Positions 23,530 to 24,382 of a stretch of DNA of 24,382 nt are shown here, piece after piece. The stretch comes from a virus (taxonomy: Duplodnaviria; Caudoviricetes), in IMG/VR virus record IMGVR_UViG_3300032219_000695, positions 1 through 24,382 of that record; one strand, 5' to 3'. The notes under the pieces are model-generated. The model saw only the letters and a program-made list of their open reading frames with translations, ran no database searches and was not told the origin of the DNA. The translations under genes were made by a program, and so were the position numbers. Every line of letters starts with the position of its first letter. Position 1 is the stretch's first letter.

Positions 23530-23931
23530 TCAGCCGTAGTACTTCAGAACTTCCATGACGATAGTGTACCTATCGCCTGCGGTAGCTCCGACAGTAGTAA
23601 ACAGGAGGTCCCCTGTACTTCCCGAACCAGCGTTGTTGGTAAGACCACCAAAGCGGGAAAAGTTAAAGGACACGAAATCGTTCTCGCCGAGAGTCAAACA
23701 GATGACGTCTGTCGTGGCGTCCCAGAGCATGTTAAGCCCCATGCCTGACGTGATGGCGTCAACGGTCTGAATAGCAACGCTGGTGCACGCCGAGCCTTGA
23801 TATGACGTAAGCGCGGACACGTCGATCTTGACGACACCGGATTCCCCAGTGCCGTCAGAGACGTTCGTGAACTTGAAGACGGCACGGCGAGTGTCGTCTA
23901 CAAGGATTTGAGTGGCGACTGCATCAGCCAT
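23530..23931 (-). CDS. Conserved phage protein (133 aa)
   Basis: MADAVATQ.L.D....VFKFTN.SDGTGES.V.K.DVSAL...LWDATTD...FGGL.NNAGSG.TGD; GGGGA SD. Confidence 0.8.
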   Translation of the reverse strand: MADAVATQILVDDTRRAVFKFTNVSDGTGESGVVKIDVSALTSYQGSACTSVAIQTVDAITSGMGLNMLWDATTDVICLTLGENDFVSFNFSRFGGLTNNAGSGSTGDLLFTTVGATAGDRYTIVMEVLKYYG

Positions 23932-23946
23932 TGGGGCAGTCCCCTA

Positions 23947-24381
23947 TTAGATGGTGTTGTTCTTGTTCTGGATGTACAGAACCGTCACGTAAGCCGTACC
24001 TGTGGTGCCGTCGGCATTCTGACCATCGAACGTAGCAATGATGTCGATATCAGACGTGCCAATGTCCCAAGCAGCAGCGAGAGGAGCGGCAACCGACATG
24101 CGGGTACGGCCAGTGGACTTAACCGTCGTAGCGGCGAGGAAGAGAGCTGTGCTGCCCGTCTTACCAATTGAAACAGTGGCCGTGCCGCTGTCGTTGCTGA
24201 CAACAGTAACATCGAGGATAACGTCAACAATCTGGGAGTTCGCGGGGATCACGCCGACACGGGTCGTCGCGTCTGCACCAATGATGTCGATTTCACCAGA
24301 CTGAGCCATGGTGACGAAACCGACGTTGGCGACGTTCGTGCCAATCGTGGTGCCAGTGGTATTGAAAATGTCGCCAGCCTT
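23947..24381 (-). CDS. Conserved head-region protein (partial, 5' end beyond right edge)
   Basis: The frame stays open upstream of Met 24309: KAGDIFNTTGTTIGTNVANVGFVTMAQS...IPANSQIVD...GTAYVTVLY.Q. It resembles the protein that usually follows the major capsid gene in such phages. Confidence 0.7.
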   Translation of the reverse strand, partial: KAGDIFNTTGTTIGTNVANVGFVTMAQSGEIDIIGADATTRVGVIPANSQIVDVILDVTVVSNDSGTATVSIGKTGSTALFLAATTVKSTGRTRMSVAAPLAAAWDIGTSDIDIIATFDGQNADGTTGTAYVTVLYIQNKNNTI

Positions 24382-24382
24382 A

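Noticed and set aside
1-24382. tRNA, rRNA, IS elements, introns or inteins, stop-codon recoding
   Set aside because: Coding density is nearly complete under the standard code, all three stop codons are used, the gaps show no cloverleaf, and no transposase or homing-endonuclease motifs were seen.

Overview
A 24.4-kb slice of the virion morphogenesis region of a tailed dsDNA bacteriophage. The gene order resembles uncultured aquatic podovirus-like phages. About 32 genes all lie on the minus strand, tightly packed with many TGATG/ATGA stop-start overlaps. Transcription runs right to left. It begins with small conserved head-region proteins, then a cluster of very basic small proteins (DUF5754-, DUF5872- and DUF6496-like, plus Lys/Met-rich proteins with repeated KGG motifs). 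Next come putative head-tail adaptors, tail and fibre proteins (including a fibre with a peptidase S74 chaperone) and a Gly-rich protein. A lower-GC accessory cassette follows (PP-loop ATPase, TctC/Bug-type solute-binding protein, DUF6065-like protein). After it are a putative tail nozzle, three putative ejection proteins, an 1814-aa polyvalent protein (HExxH plus LPD38-like region) and two membrane-type genes. Three observations stand out: a shared [FYM]-x-[KE]-G-G motif across basic core-like and ejection proteins, a split DUF5872, and an orphan TctC in the tail module. All family calls come from recalled motifs, not database searches.
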